Assembly: GCA_041651035.1 (NCBI GenBank)
Contig: JBAZKC010000003.1
Span: 133,153-197,152, forward strand
Direction: 5' to 3'
From: Candidatus Omnitrophota bacterium
GTDB lineage: Bacteria > Omnitrophota > Gorgyraeia > Gygaellales > Profunditerraquicolaceae
Length of the DNA stretch: 64,000 nucleotides
Part shown: positions 28,890 to 39,519 of the stretch, piece by piece
Numbering within the stretch: position 1 is the stretch's first letter
Layout: each line of letters starts with the position of its first letter
Position numbers and translations under genes: made by a program
Notes under the pieces: model-generated
What the model saw: only the letters and a program-made list of their open reading frames with translations
Database searches by the model: none
What the model was told of the DNA's origin: nothing

Positions 28890-29838
28890 TTGCGTAAAGA
28901 AGTATAAGAATTTCCTGATAACCTCTCATACCAGCCTGGAAGGGGATGCCTTAGGCTCGGAGTTGGCATTTTCCAGGATGCTTAAGAAATTAGGCAAAAC
29001 GGCTACTATCATAAACGAAGACAAATTGCCTCCCGAATACGATTTCTTGCCCGGCAATAATAGCATAAAGAGGTTTAAAAAAGGCATGAAAGGGGTCAGT
29101 TTTGATTGCTTCGTTGCCCTGGATTGTTCTGACTTCAGGCGGACAGGTGAGGTGTATACAATAAACGCGGATAATAAACCCAGCCTTAACATTGACCATC
29201 ATATAAGCAATGAAAGGTTCGCCGGTACGAATTGGGTTGATCCTAGCGCTTCTTCTTGTTCGGAAATGATCTATAAGCTGTATAAATATTTGGGAGTGCC
29301 TCTGGATAAAGACGCGGCTATTTCTCTGTATACGGGTATGCTTACGGACACGGGTTCTTTTCATTATTCTAATACAGCCGTTTCAACTCATAAGGCGGTA
29401 TCAGAATTGCTAAGGTATGGCCTGGATATCCATAAGATCTATAAGAGCGTATATGAGAATATAACTTTAGAAGACGCCAGGTTGTTAGGCAGGATATTGC
29501 CCCGTATGAGAATTAGCTCCGGAGGAAAGATAGCCTGGTTTGAAGTCGGGCAAAATATATTAAGGAGAAGAAACCCGCCTTTTGACCTGACTGAACGTAT
29601 GCTAAGTTTTGCCCGTTCCGTAAGAGGCGTGGAAGTTGTAGCGCTATTTAAGGAAAACCTGGGGATGAAAAATGAGATAAGGATAAATCTCCGGTCACAG
29701 GGTAAGGTGGATGTGAATAAAGTAGCGCGATTCTTTGGCGGCGGCGGGCATAAGGCGGCAAGCGGGGCGACAGTCCGTGGAAAAATAGGACAGATCAGAA
29801 GAAAAATCTTAGCTAAGATAGAAGAAGAATTAACATAA
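28867..29838 (+). CDS. nrnA: DHH-family phosphoesterase NrnA-like (oligoribonuclease / pAp phosphatase)
   Basis: DHH motif (NIDHH), DHHA1 C-terminal GGGH motif (GGGGHKAASG). Confidence 0.75.
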   Translation: MSIKKAADCVKKYKNFLITSHTSLEGDALGSELAFSRMLKKLGKTATIINEDKLPPEYDFLPGNNSIKRFKKGMKGVSFDCFVALDCSDFRRTGEVYTINADNKPSLNIDHHISNERFAGTNWVDPSASSCSEMIYKLYKYLGVPLDKDAAISLYTGMLTDTGSFHYSNTAVSTHKAVSELLRYGLDIHKIYKSVYENITLEDARLLGRILPRMRISSGGKIAWFEVGQNILRRRNPPFDLTERMLSFARSVRGVEVVALFKENLGMKNEIRINLRSQGKVDVNKVARFFGGGGHKAASGATVRGKIGQIRRKILAKIEEELT

Positions 29839-29846
29839 AAGTCCTG

Positions 29847-30752
29847 ATGAAAGTCATATACGGTAGTAATAAGATCAGAAGGTTCAAGAAACCCGTTCTC
29901 GCGCTGGGTGTATTTGACGGCGTGCATCGCGGGCACATAGAGATCCTAAAAGAAGCGGTTAGAAAAGCCAGGAGCATTAAGGGAACAAGCATAGTCCTGA
30001 CTTTTTGGCCTCATCCGCAAAAAGAGCAGAGCCTGTATTCTTTAGAGCACCGTTTAAGATTGATAAGCAATATCGGTATAGATGCCTGCGTAGTCATAAA
30101 TTTTAACCATAAATTCGCGGCTATGCCGGCGCCGGATTTTGTAAAAGATATTTTATTTAATAAACTCGCCCCGCGCTATGTATATGCCGGTAAAAACTTC
30201 AGGTTCGGCAAGAACGCCAAAGGCGATTCCCGGACATTATCCAGGCTGTCTAAGATCTATAATTTCAGGGTAAAGATATTTGAGGTGATCAAGATACAGG
30301 GTAAGCCGATAAGCAGCACCTATATCCGGGCCTTAATTAAAAAAGGGAAACTCGCCTTAGCTAAAAAATTACTTACCCGTCCGGTAAGCATCCTGGGTAC
30401 GGTGATCAAGGGGGATTCTTTAGCGAGGAAACTGGGTTTTCCTACCGCTAACATAAATCCGCATCACGAAGTAATTCCGCCCCATGGGGTATACGCGGTC
30501 CGGGCCATTGTTAACGGCGGAAAATTTAACGGCGCCTGTTATATCGGTTCCCGGCCGACATTCCCGGACAAAAAGTCAAAGAATGTGGAAGTCCATATAT
30601 TTAATTTCGGCAAGCATATTTACGAGAAAGTTTTAGAGATACAATTTATCAAGAGAATAAGAGGGGAAAAGAAATTCAATTCTGTCCCCGCGCTGGTTGA
30701 ACAAATCAGGAAAGATCTGCTGGCTGCCAGGAATATTTCCTCCCTCCATTGA
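29847..30752 (+). CDS. ribF: Bifunctional riboflavin kinase / FMN adenylyltransferase
   Basis: N-terminal nucleotidyltransferase GVFDGVHRGH motif and C-terminal riboflavin kinase domain. Confidence 0.9.
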   Translation: MKVIYGSNKIRRFKKPVLALGVFDGVHRGHIEILKEAVRKARSIKGTSIVLTFWPHPQKEQSLYSLEHRLRLISNIGIDACVVINFNHKFAAMPAPDFVKDILFNKLAPRYVYAGKNFRFGKNAKGDSRTLSRLSKIYNFRVKIFEVIKIQGKPISSTYIRALIKKGKLALAKKLLTRPVSILGTVIKGDSLARKLGFPTANINPHHEVIPPHGVYAVRAIVNGGKFNGACYIGSRPTFPDKKSKNVEVHIFNFGKHIYEKVLEIQFIKRIRGEKKFNSVPALVEQIRKDLLAARNISSLH

Positions 30753-30831
30753 GAAACACCCCCATATATACGCATTAAATACACCTAAGGCCCCAGTTCT
30801 TGTATTCTGTTAAATAACCCCAATTTTTATC

Positions 30832-30895
30832 TTGACAAAATAGCATATTTTATTTATACTTGGGATACAAAGTGGATAAAAGTGGCGCAAAGTGG
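30832..30895 (+). promoter_or_regulatory. mraZ (dcw) promoter (TTGACA, 17 nt spacer, TATACT) followed by an MraZ operator of three AAAGTGG direct repeats at 10-bp periodicity (30869-75, 30879-85, 30889-95)
   Basis: Hexamers and repeats read directly; the repeat matches the MraZ box consensus AAAGTG[G/T]. Confidence 0.6.
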
Positions 30896-30908
30896 AAGGT
30901 GCTAATTT

Positions 30909-31346
30909 ATGTTCTATGGCGAATATTCACATTCTATAGACAGAAAAGGCCGTCTTATATTACCTGCCAAATTCCGGGAAACCGCTAAAGCTCATTTTAT
31001 AGAAAAGTTTTTTGTTACGCGCGGATTGGATGTCTGCCTTTTTATGTTTTCAGAAGAAGAATGGCGGACGCAGGAGAGCAAGTTTAAAGCTGTGCCGTTT
31101 ACTAAACAGCAGGCGCGCACATTTAACCGCCTGTATTTTTCCGGAGCGGTAGAAGTCGTCTCCGACAGCCAGGGGAGGATATTGCTGCCGCAATATTTAA
31201 AGGACTTCGCCCACATAAAGAAAGACGCGGTTATCGTGGGTGTATCTAATAGAATTGAGATCTGGGCAAAAGATAAATGGGAAGAATTTTACGGAAATTC
31301 AAAGCAATCTTTTGAAGAGATAGCCGAAAAGATGCTGGATATTTAG
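30909..31346 (+). CDS. mraZ: Transcriptional regulator MraZ
   Basis: Tandem MraZ/SpoVT-AbrB domains with DxxGR (DRKGRL) motifs. Confidence 0.9.
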   Translation: MFYGEYSHSIDRKGRLILPAKFRETAKAHFIEKFFVTRGLDVCLFMFSEEEWRTQESKFKAVPFTKQQARTFNRLYFSGAVEVVSDSQGRILLPQYLKDFAHIKKDAVIVGVSNRIEIWAKDKWEEFYGNSKQSFEEIAEKMLDI

Positions 31347-32246
31347 ATGGAACAAAAGCTGCATACCCCGGTTATGTTCAATGAGGTTATGGATTACCTG
31401 AATTTAACTCCGGGGAAGATCATCGTAGACGCGACCATGGGCACCGGCGGGCATAGCCAGGGGATACTCCAGCGTATTTTACCCGGCGGAAAGCTTATCG
31501 GTATTGACAGGGACAAAGAATCTTTAGAGATATCGCGCCAAAGGCTGAAGGATTTCGGCAGCTCCTGCGAATTTATGCACGGCAATTTTATGGATATCGG
31601 CAATATCCTGGAAAGTTTAAGTATTAAGAAGGTAGACGGCATACTATTTGATCTGGGTATTTCTTCTTTTCAGTTAGAGGATCCGCGCAGAGGATTCAGC
31701 TTCCAGTACGAAGGGCCCTTAGACATGCGTTTAGACAGGGACAGCTATATATCCGCCTATGACCTGGTGAATAATCTCAACGAGGAAGAGATCTCCACCT
31801 TGCTTTGGAATTTCGGGCAGGAAAGATGGCATAACCGCATAGCGCGCCTATTAGTGCAGGAAAGGCAGAGGCAGCCTATAGTCACGACACTGCAGTTAGC
31901 GGACATTGTTTTTAAGTCCATACCTTATAGATACAGGCATAGGCATTATCGCATACATCCGGCTACCAGGACTTTTCAGGCGGTGCGCGTAGCGGTAAAT
32001 AGAGAATTAGAAACTTTAGAATCCGCCATAAATAACGCGATCGCGGTTTTAGCTAAGAAGGCCAGGATGTGCGTTATTTCTTTTCATTCCTTAGAGGACC
32101 GCGTGGCAAAAATAAGTTTCCGGCGCGCGGCCCAAGAGGGCTTGATAGATATAATAACGCCTAAGCCTTTGGTGCCGTCTGAGCCTGAAACAGGATCTAA
32201 TCGTTCCAGCCGAAGCAGTAAGTTAAGGGTCGCGGAGAAAATATAA
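31347..32246 (+). CDS. rsmH: 16S rRNA (cytosine1402-N4)-methyltransferase RsmH (MraW)
   Basis: SAM-binding GxGxGG; conserved position after mraZ. Confidence 0.9.
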   Translation: MEQKLHTPVMFNEVMDYLNLTPGKIIVDATMGTGGHSQGILQRILPGGKLIGIDRDKESLEISRQRLKDFGSSCEFMHGNFMDIGNILESLSIKKVDGILFDLGISSFQLEDPRRGFSFQYEGPLDMRLDRDSYISAYDLVNNLNEEEISTLLWNFGQERWHNRIARLLVQERQRQPIVTTLQLADIVFKSIPYRYRHRHYRIHPATRTFQAVRVAVNRELETLESAINNAIAVLAKKARMCVISFHSLEDRVAKISFRRAAQEGLIDIITPKPLVPSEPETGSNRSSRSSKLRVAEKI

Positions 32247-32249
32247 ACG

Positions 32250-32618
32250 ATGAAACTATCTAAATTCTTAACGATCGTTATTTTTATCACCTGCCTTTCC
32301 CTCCTTTACGTCTATCAGCAAACCGAAATATTTTGCCTTGCTTATACAGGGCAGAAGAAAGAAGCGCAGTTCCAGGATTCGCTTGATAAAAATACTATCT
32401 TGAGATACAATATAGGCAATAAAGCATCTTTGGTGCGTATCGGAAGCAAGGTCCCTGTATCCGCCGATTTCCAGATGCCCGATGGCTATCGCTTGGTGAG
32501 AGTAACGCCTTCCGGAGAGAGGGCAAGATCGATCCATGGATCGGCTAATAATGAAACAATGTTATCTCGTCTCTTCGGCATCAAAAGGCAGGCCGAAGCA
32601 AAGACAATCAATCCTTAA
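32250..32618 (+). CDS. ftsL: FtsL-like cell-division protein (single N-terminal TM helix)
   Basis: Position between rsmH and ftsI; small bitopic protein. Confidence 0.5.
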   Translation: MKLSKFLTIVIFITCLSLLYVYQQTEIFCLAYTGQKKEAQFQDSLDKNTILRYNIGNKASLVRIGSKVPVSADFQMPDGYRLVRVTPSGERARSIHGSANNETMLSRLFGIKRQAEAKTINP

Positions 32619-32642
32619 ACGCAACAATAACCTTGGATTAGT

Positions 32643-34361
32643 GTGTATATAAGTAATTATCGCCGTAGAAGCGAGGCGGTATTTTTATTATTTTTTCTCT
32701 TCTTAGCGCTCTGCATAGGCCGCCTTTTATTTATACAATTCTTCCGGTCGGCTTATCTTGCGGATATCGCCAATAAGCAGCATAATCTATTTGTAGAATT
32801 AGAGCCGCTGCGAGGCATCATTTACGATACCAACCTTAAACCTCAGACTATAAATATCCCGCTGGATTCCCTTTTTGCCTCTCCGAACATAATCAAAGAT
32901 AAAGAAACTACCGTAAGGAAGCTTTCTCAAATATTAGGCGCGGATCAGCCGTATTTACGGGACAGGATTTACCGTAAAAAATCTTTTATCTGGCTTGCCC
33001 GCAAGATACCCCCGGAACAATCGCAGGCGGTCAAAAAATTAAACATAAAAGGGCTGGGGTTCTTAAGAGAAAACAAGCGTTCTTATCCTAACAGCTATCT
33101 TGCCAGCCACGCGATCGGTTTCGCGGGCTTAGATAATACGGGCCTTGAAGGGCTGGAGGTCTATTATGATAAATATCTAAAAGGAGAAGCCGGGTGGGCG
33201 GTATTTTTAAGAGACGCCCGTCAGAAAAAGTTAGATATCTGGCAGGAGATGATCCTGCCAAAAAACGGTTACGACGTGGTGTTGACCATTGATGAGGTCA
33301 TCCAGTATGTCGCTGAGCGGGAGCTCGACAAGGCCTTTAATACCTACCACGCTAAAGGTGCCAGTATCATAGTTATGGACCCCCATACCGGAGCCATCCT
33401 TGCTTTAGCAAACCGCCCTACTTATGACTTAAATAACCATTCTAAAGCGGTTAAAGACCAAATACGCGATCGGGCGGTATGCGATCTGTTTGAACCGGGT
33501 TCGGTATTTAAAATTGTCACCGCCTCAGCGGCCTTGGAAGAAAAGAAGGTAAGTGAGGAAGACAAGTTTTTTTGTGAAAACGGTTCTTACCGGGTTGCTT
33601 CACATACGCTGCATGACCATCAGCCGCACGGGTGGCTTACGTTTAGCCAGGTTATTGAAGAATCAAGCAATATCGGGACTACCAAGGTGGCGCAAATACT
33701 GGGGCCGGAGACTGTCTATCGGTACGTGAGGTTATTTGGTTTTGGCTCAAAGCTGAATATTGACCTGCCGGGTGAAATTTCCGGAATGATCAAAAGCCCC
33801 CGCCAGTGGTCTAAGATCTCTATTGCCGCTGTCCCCATAGGCCAGGAAGTAGGCGTGACCGCGCTGCAATTAGTAAGCGCTATTTCTGTTATTGCCAACG
33901 GCGGGCAGCTTATGAAACCTTATATTGTACGGGAGATACGGGATAAACAAGGAGAGATGATCAAGAAATTCTCTCCTGTCTTGATCCGTAAAGTCATATC
34001 TTTGGATACGGCCGCCAGGGTCAAGAAAATGCTTATAGGGGCGGTGGAGGAGGGGACAGGCAAGATGGCAAAGATACCGGGATTTACCGCGGCGGGCAAG
34101 ACCGGTACCGCCCAGAAATTAGAACCCAATGGGGCCTATTCCCATAATAAATTCGTTGCTTCCTTTATCGGTTTCGCGCCTGCCGAAGACCCGGTGGTGG
34201 CGATCGTCGTTACTGTTGATGAACCGCGCCCTTATTATTTTGGCGGAGTAGTGGCCGCCCCTGTTTTTAAAAATGTAGCCAGTGACGTTATAAGATACCT
34301 TAAGGCAAACCAATTAGTGGGCAGGACAAATACATCGTATGAGAATAGAAGAGTTAATTAA
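32643..34361 (+). CDS. ftsI: Peptidoglycan D,D-transpeptidase FtsI (PBP3); GTG start
   Basis: SxxK (SVFK), SxN, KTG (KTGTAQ) motifs; dcw position. Confidence 0.85.
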   Translation: MYISNYRRRSEAVFLLFFLFLALCIGRLLFIQFFRSAYLADIANKQHNLFVELEPLRGIIYDTNLKPQTINIPLDSLFASPNIIKDKETTVRKLSQILGADQPYLRDRIYRKKSFIWLARKIPPEQSQAVKKLNIKGLGFLRENKRSYPNSYLASHAIGFAGLDNTGLEGLEVYYDKYLKGEAGWAVFLRDARQKKLDIWQEMILPKNGYDVVLTIDEVIQYVAERELDKAFNTYHAKGASIIVMDPHTGAILALANRPTYDLNNHSKAVKDQIRDRAVCDLFEPGSVFKIVTASAALEEKKVSEEDKFFCENGSYRVASHTLHDHQPHGWLTFSQVIEESSNIGTTKVAQILGPETVYRYVRLFGFGSKLNIDLPGEISGMIKSPRQWSKISIAAVPIGQEVGVTALQLVSAISVIANGGQLMKPYIVREIRDKQGEMIKKFSPVLIRKVISLDTAARVKKMLIGAVEEGTGKMAKIPGFTAAGKTGTAQKLEPNGAYSHNKFVASFIGFAPAEDPVVAIVVTVDEPRPYYFGGVVAAPVFKNVASDVIRYLKANQLVGRTNTSYENRRVN

Positions 34362-35805
34362 ACCGCTGGATATTACCGGGGACCATCTTAATCTGCCTGG
34401 CTTTCAGGTCCGCGGCGTAGCCTGTAACTCAAAAGAGGTTTCAAGCGGCTTTATCTTTGTGGCGGTAAAAGGCAGCAAGGAAGACGGGAACAGATATATC
34501 CAAGAGGCCATAAGCCGGGGAGCAAAGGCAATAGTAATTCAAGTCCCAGGCCCCAAGCCCAAGATCCCGGAAGGCGTATCTGTCATAGAAGTCAAAGATG
34601 CCCGGAAGGCATTAGCGAAATTAGCCGCGGAATTTTATGGGCATCCTTCCGCGAAGATCAAAGTCATCGGCATTACCGGGACCAACGGTAAGACCACGGT
34701 ATCTTATTTATTGGAAGCTTTGTTAAAAAAGGCGGGTTTTTCGCCCGCAGTCATTGGCACTGTTAATTACCGTTTTAAAAACAGGATAACCCCTTCAAAA
34801 AACACCACGCCCGGGCCGATAGAGCTGGAATCTATGCTGGCCGGCATGTTAAAAGAAGGCTCTACCCATACGGTCATGGAAGTATCGTCTCATGCCTTAG
34901 ACCAGGACAGGGTAGAGGGGATAAATTTCCATTCCGCGATATTTACAAATTTGACCCAGGACCATCTGGATTATCATAAAACACTAAAGAGCTATTTTAA
35001 CGCCAAGGCCAGGTTATTTAAGAATTTAAATCCTGATTCATTCGCCGTGATCAACAGCGACGATAAGCACGCGGGAGAAATAAAGAAAATGACCCGGGCG
35101 AAGGTGATCACCTATGGGATAAAGAATAAAGCAAAGGTCTCGGCAGGAGATATAAAATTTGATTCTTTGGGTACGGAATTTAAACTTATAAGCCCTGAAG
35201 GGAAAATAGATATTACCAGCAGGCTTGTGGGCATTCATAACGTATATAATATATTGGCAGCCTGCGCCTGGGCCCTGCGGGAAGGTATAGATATACCGTT
35301 TATAAGATGTGCGATCGCGGAGTTTAATTTTGTCCCCGGCCGGCTGGAAAGGATAGATTTTGCCGGAAATTTCCTGGTTTTTGTGGATTACGCGCATACT
35401 GAAGACGCGCTCAAGAATACTATTAAGACCGTAAGGAGACTGACTAAGAATAGGGTCATTACCGTATTTGGCTGCGGCGGAGAACGCGATAGGACAAAAA
35501 GGCCCAAGATGGGCAAAGCAGTATCGGAATTGGCGGATTACGCGATCATCAGTAATGATAACCCGCGCTCGGAAGACCCCCAGGAAATAATTGAAGATAT
35601 AAAAAGAGGGATAAACGGGGATAATTATTGTGTTATCCCTGACCGCCGCGAAGCGATAAAGAAGTCTTTATCTTTAGCAAAGCCGGGGGACATTGTGTTG
35701 ATAGCGGGCAAGGGGCATGAAGAATGCCAGATCATTAAAAACAAGGCAGTGCATTTCAGCGACAGGGAAGTAGTAAGAGAATGTTTAAGGTCAGTGAATT
35801 ATTAA
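34339..35805 (+). CDS. murE: UDP-N-acetylmuramoyl-L-alanyl-D-glutamate--2,6-diaminopimelate ligase
   Basis: Mur ligase P-loop GITGTNGKTT; DNPR motif indicating meso-DAP specificity. Confidence 0.9.
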   Translation: MRIEELIKPLDITGDHLNLPGFQVRGVACNSKEVSSGFIFVAVKGSKEDGNRYIQEAISRGAKAIVIQVPGPKPKIPEGVSVIEVKDARKALAKLAAEFYGHPSAKIKVIGITGTNGKTTVSYLLEALLKKAGFSPAVIGTVNYRFKNRITPSKNTTPGPIELESMLAGMLKEGSTHTVMEVSSHALDQDRVEGINFHSAIFTNLTQDHLDYHKTLKSYFNAKARLFKNLNPDSFAVINSDDKHAGEIKKMTRAKVITYGIKNKAKVSAGDIKFDSLGTEFKLISPEGKIDITSRLVGIHNVYNILAACAWALREGIDIPFIRCAIAEFNFVPGRLERIDFAGNFLVFVDYAHTEDALKNTIKTVRRLTKNRVITVFGCGGERDRTKRPKMGKAVSELADYAIISNDNPRSEDPQEIIEDIKRGINGDNYCVIPDRREAIKKSLSLAKPGDIVLIAGKGHEECQIIKNKAVHFSDREVVRECLRSVNY

Positions 35806-37145
35806 AAGCCGCAAAGGGCAGGTTGTTAAACGGCAATAGCAGCGCTGTGGTTAAGGGTATTTCCATAGATTCCCGGACGGTTAAGCCCCAGGAAGCCTTT
35901 ATCGCCATAAAAGGGCGCAACTACGACGGCAGTAATTTTATCGGCGAGGCGATAAGAAAAGGGGCAAAGGCGGTAATAGCCTGCGGTAGAGACCCCATAA
36001 TAGGTAGTTTTAAGAAAATACCTTTTATCGTAGTTGGGGATACTACGAAGGCATTGGGAGATATAGCGGGATATCATCGCCGGAATTTTGATATCCCGGT
36101 TATCGCGGTTACCGGCAGTAACGGCAAGACCACTACGAAAGAAATGATCGCCCGGGTGTTGTCCGGGCAATTCAAGGTCCTTAAAAATTCCGGCACAGAG
36201 AATAATCAGATAGGCCTGCCGCTTACCTTGCTTAACCTGGATAGTTCCCATAAGTTAGCCGTATTAGAAATAGGCACGAACCATTTCGGAGAGGTAGATT
36301 ACCTTGCTAAAATATGCCGGCCTAATATAGGCGTAATTACTAATATCGGGCCTGCGCACCTGGAATATTTCACGAGCTTAAAAGGCGTTTTAGAAGAGAA
36401 GAACGCGCTGTTAAAGCATCTTGAAAGCCCGCGTGTGGCGGTATTAAATGCCGATGATAATTTATTAAGAAAGCAGGTGTTGTCAAAGAGCGGCAAACCC
36501 GTGGTTTTAGGTTTTGGCATTAAACGCAGGGCCGATTTTTCCGCTACGGGCATAAAGGCTTCAGGAGGCAGGGTTAATTTCTTAGTCAACAGGAAATATA
36601 AATTTACGCTTAAGACCCCGGGTACGCATAATATTTATAACGCGCTGGCCGCCTTAACCGTAGGCCGCCTGTTCGGGATGGAGTATAAAGATATTTCATC
36701 TAAGCTGTCTGCTTTTGACTTTCCGCGCAACAGGCTTGAATTCCTGAAATTAAATAATACGGTATTTATCAATGATGCCTATAATTCCAATCCCGCTTCT
36801 TTGGGGCTGGCGATCGAAGCCTTGGGTTGTTTCCAGGTAAAAGGAAGAAAAATAATCGTAATGGGGGATATGCTGGAATTAGGCAGCCGCGGCAGATTAT
36901 TCCACCGCCAGGCAGGCCGCCAGGCAGCGCGTATCTGCGATGTTTTTATAACCGTAGGAGAATTATCTAAATTCGCGGCTGAAGTAGCAAGTATCTCCGG
37001 CCTGGGCGCTAAGAATGTGTTTGCCTGCGCGTCTAACTTAGAGGCGCAGGATATTTTATTTAGAAAAGTATCCCCGGGCCCGGATGATGTCGTGCTCATC
37101 AAAGGTTCCCGTTCGATGAGGATGGAAGACATCCTGAGGAGATAA
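35781..37145 (+). CDS. murF: UDP-N-acetylmuramoyl-tripeptide--D-alanyl-D-alanine ligase
   Basis: Mur ligase P-loop GSNGKTTTKE; dcw order. Confidence 0.9.
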   Translation: MFKVSELLKAAKGRLLNGNSSAVVKGISIDSRTVKPQEAFIAIKGRNYDGSNFIGEAIRKGAKAVIACGRDPIIGSFKKIPFIVVGDTTKALGDIAGYHRRNFDIPVIAVTGSNGKTTTKEMIARVLSGQFKVLKNSGTENNQIGLPLTLLNLDSSHKLAVLEIGTNHFGEVDYLAKICRPNIGVITNIGPAHLEYFTSLKGVLEEKNALLKHLESPRVAVLNADDNLLRKQVLSKSGKPVVLGFGIKRRADFSATGIKASGGRVNFLVNRKYKFTLKTPGTHNIYNALAALTVGRLFGMEYKDISSKLSAFDFPRNRLEFLKLNNTVFINDAYNSNPASLGLAIEALGCFQVKGRKIIVMGDMLELGSRGRLFHRQAGRQAARICDVFITVGELSKFAAEVASISGLGAKNVFACASNLEAQDILFRKVSPGPDDVVLIKGSRSMRMEDILRR

Positions 37146-38234
37146 ATGTTATATTATTTGCTCTATCCTTTACATGACCTGATTTCCGCTTTTAACGTTT
37201 TCCGCTATATCACTTTCCGTTCCGCCATGGCAGTCCTGACCAGCTTCCTGATCAGCCTTATATTCGGCCCGATAGTAATAAAAAAACTTAAACAATTAAA
37301 GATTGGCGAGAACATCAGGAAAGAAGACAGCGCGCAATTGCATGATCTGCACCGCGCTAAGCAGGATACGCCGACTATGGGAGGGCTCTTGATATTAGCG
37401 GCGGTTATTACTTCCACGCTCCTCTGGGCGGATATTTTTAACAGGTATATAATAATTGTATTATTCAGCACCGTATGGCTGGGCATAACGGGTTTTATCG
37501 ATGATTATTTGAAACAAACAAGGAAGAGATCTAAAGGCTTGACCGCCGCGGCTAAATTCAGCAGTCAGATCGCCTTAGGGCTGGCATTAGGCATTATTTT
37601 CTTATTGGACTCGCAGAATAGCATAAGACTAGACCTTCCTTTCCTGAAAGAAGTTTCCATCAATTTAGACGGCCTCTATATTGTATTCGTGATGCTGGTA
37701 ATAGCCGGGACTTCCAACGCGGTAAATCTTACCGACGGGCTGGATGGGCTGGCGATAGGCATTGTGATCATGGTGGCTTTGACCTTTGGCGTGTTAAGTT
37801 ATATAACCGGCAACTTAAATATTAGCAGCTATCTTTTAGTGCATTATATAAAAGGCAGCGGAGAGTTGACTGTATTTTGCTCGAGCATATTAGGCGCGGG
37901 GCTGGGTTTCCTGTGGTTTAACTGTTATCCGGCGTCCATCTTTATGGGAGACGTGGGGTCTTTGGCTTTGGGCGGGGCGCTGGGGACTGTAGCGTTGATG
38001 ATAAAGAAAGAGCTGCTTTTGGTGATCGTAGGAGGCATATTTGTTTTAGAGGCATTATCGGTAATATTACAGGTAGGTTCATTCCGCCTGTTTAAGAAAC
38101 GCATATTCAAGATAGCCCCTCTACACCATCATTTTCAATTCCTTAATTGGCCGGAGAATAAAGTTATCGTCAGATTCTGGATCATTGCCAGCCTGTTGGC
38201 GCTGCTTACATTAGTCACGTTAAAAATAAGGTAA
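37146..38234 (+). CDS. mraY: Phospho-N-acetylmuramoyl-pentapeptide transferase
   Basis: Polytopic membrane protein with the MraY family signature. Confidence 0.95.
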   Translation: MLYYLLYPLHDLISAFNVFRYITFRSAMAVLTSFLISLIFGPIVIKKLKQLKIGENIRKEDSAQLHDLHRAKQDTPTMGGLLILAAVITSTLLWADIFNRYIIIVLFSTVWLGITGFIDDYLKQTRKRSKGLTAAAKFSSQIALGLALGIIFLLDSQNSIRLDLPFLKEVSINLDGLYIVFVMLVIAGTSNAVNLTDGLDGLAIGIVIMVALTFGVLSYITGNLNISSYLLVHYIKGSGELTVFCSSILGAGLGFLWFNCYPASIFMGDVGSLALGGALGTVALMIKKELLLVIVGGIFVLEALSVILQVGSFRLFKKRIFKIAPLHHHFQFLNWPENKVIVRFWIIASLLALLTLVTLKIR

Positions 38235-38249
38235 AGAATAAATATCAAA

Positions 38250-39518
38250 ATGAGGAATATAGATCATTACCAGGGTAAGAAAGTTACCATAGCAGGCCTG
38301 GCCCGTTCCGGGATAGCCAGCGCTAATCTGCTTTATGGTTTGGGCCTGGATGTGCGTGTTACTGACAGTAAGGATAACGATGCCACGCGTTCCGCGGCCC
38401 TTAAACTTCGATCAAAAGATATCCAGGTGGAATTAGGCAGGCATTCACGGGAATTCATAAAGGGGAGGGATCTGATCATTGCCTCTCCGGGCGTACCGAA
38501 TAATGCTGTTGTGGCCACATTGGCTGCGGAATTTGGAATACCAGTAATAAGCGAAATTGAACTGGCCTGGGATCTATGCCCGGCTAAGGTGATAGCTGTT
38601 ACCGGCTCAAACGGCAAGACTACGGTAACGACATTGATCGGCAGGATATTGGAAGCGGCAGGCAAGAAGGTTTTTGTTTGCGGGAATATTGGTAATCCCT
38701 TTTCCGGAGAAGTAGAGAAAATAAAAGAGGATGATTACGTATGCCTGGAAACAAGCTCTTTCCAGTTAGAACGGATACAGAGATTCCGCCCAAAGATCGC
38801 GGTTATGTTGAATTTTACCTCTAACCACATGGACAGGCATAAGGATATGCGGGAATACCTGGAGGCAAAGAAACGCGTATTTATGAACCAGGAGGGAACT
38901 GATCATTTGGTTTTAAATTACGAAGACCCCGTATTAAGAAGTTTAGCCGGGCAGGCAAAAGCCAATATTGTATATTTTTCTGGAACGCCAGGTTTGAATC
39001 CTAATTACGCCGCTGTCCTGGCTGTGGGTTCTATCCTGGGTATAGATAAAAACCTGGTTTCAGGCATATTAAGAGATTTTAAGGGCATTGAGCACCGCCT
39101 GGAATATGTGGCAGAGATAAATAATATAAAATTCATTAATGATTCCAAGGCTACGACCGCGGATTCGGCGGCCTGGGCGTTAAAGAGCATTAATAGCCCG
39201 GTGGTTTTAATTGCCGGAGGCAAAGATAAAGGCGTTGACTATAGCGTTATCCTAGACCTGGCGCGCGAAAAAGCCAGGGGTATTATTTTAATAGGAGAAG
39301 CCAGAGAGAAGATAGCGCGCGCGCTTAAGGGATTCCCGTCCATAGATGAAGCCGCCACGTTAGAGGATGCGGTCCGTAAAGCGTATGCTTTGGCAAAAGC
39401 CGGAGACAGCGTGCTGCTTTCGCCTATGTGCTCAAGCTTTGATATGTTCTCCGATTATGAGCAAAGGGGCAGGGTATTTAAAGAGGCGGTTTACGCTTTA
39501 GCCAAAGAAGAAAGTTAA
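38250..39518 (+). CDS. murD: UDP-N-acetylmuramoylalanine--D-glutamate ligase
   Basis: P-loop GSNGKTTVTT; dcw order. Confidence 0.9.
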   Translation: MRNIDHYQGKKVTIAGLARSGIASANLLYGLGLDVRVTDSKDNDATRSAALKLRSKDIQVELGRHSREFIKGRDLIIASPGVPNNAVVATLAAEFGIPVISEIELAWDLCPAKVIAVTGSNGKTTVTTLIGRILEAAGKKVFVCGNIGNPFSGEVEKIKEDDYVCLETSSFQLERIQRFRPKIAVMLNFTSNHMDRHKDMREYLEAKKRVFMNQEGTDHLVLNYEDPVLRSLAGQAKANIVYFSGTPGLNPNYAAVLAVGSILGIDKNLVSGILRDFKGIEHRLEYVAEINNIKFINDSKATTADSAAWALKSINSPVVLIAGGKDKGVDYSVILDLAREKARGIILIGEAREKIARALKGFPSIDEAATLEDAVRKAYALAKAGDSVLLSPMCSSFDMFSDYEQRGRVFKEAVYALAKEES

Positions 39519-39519
39519 A

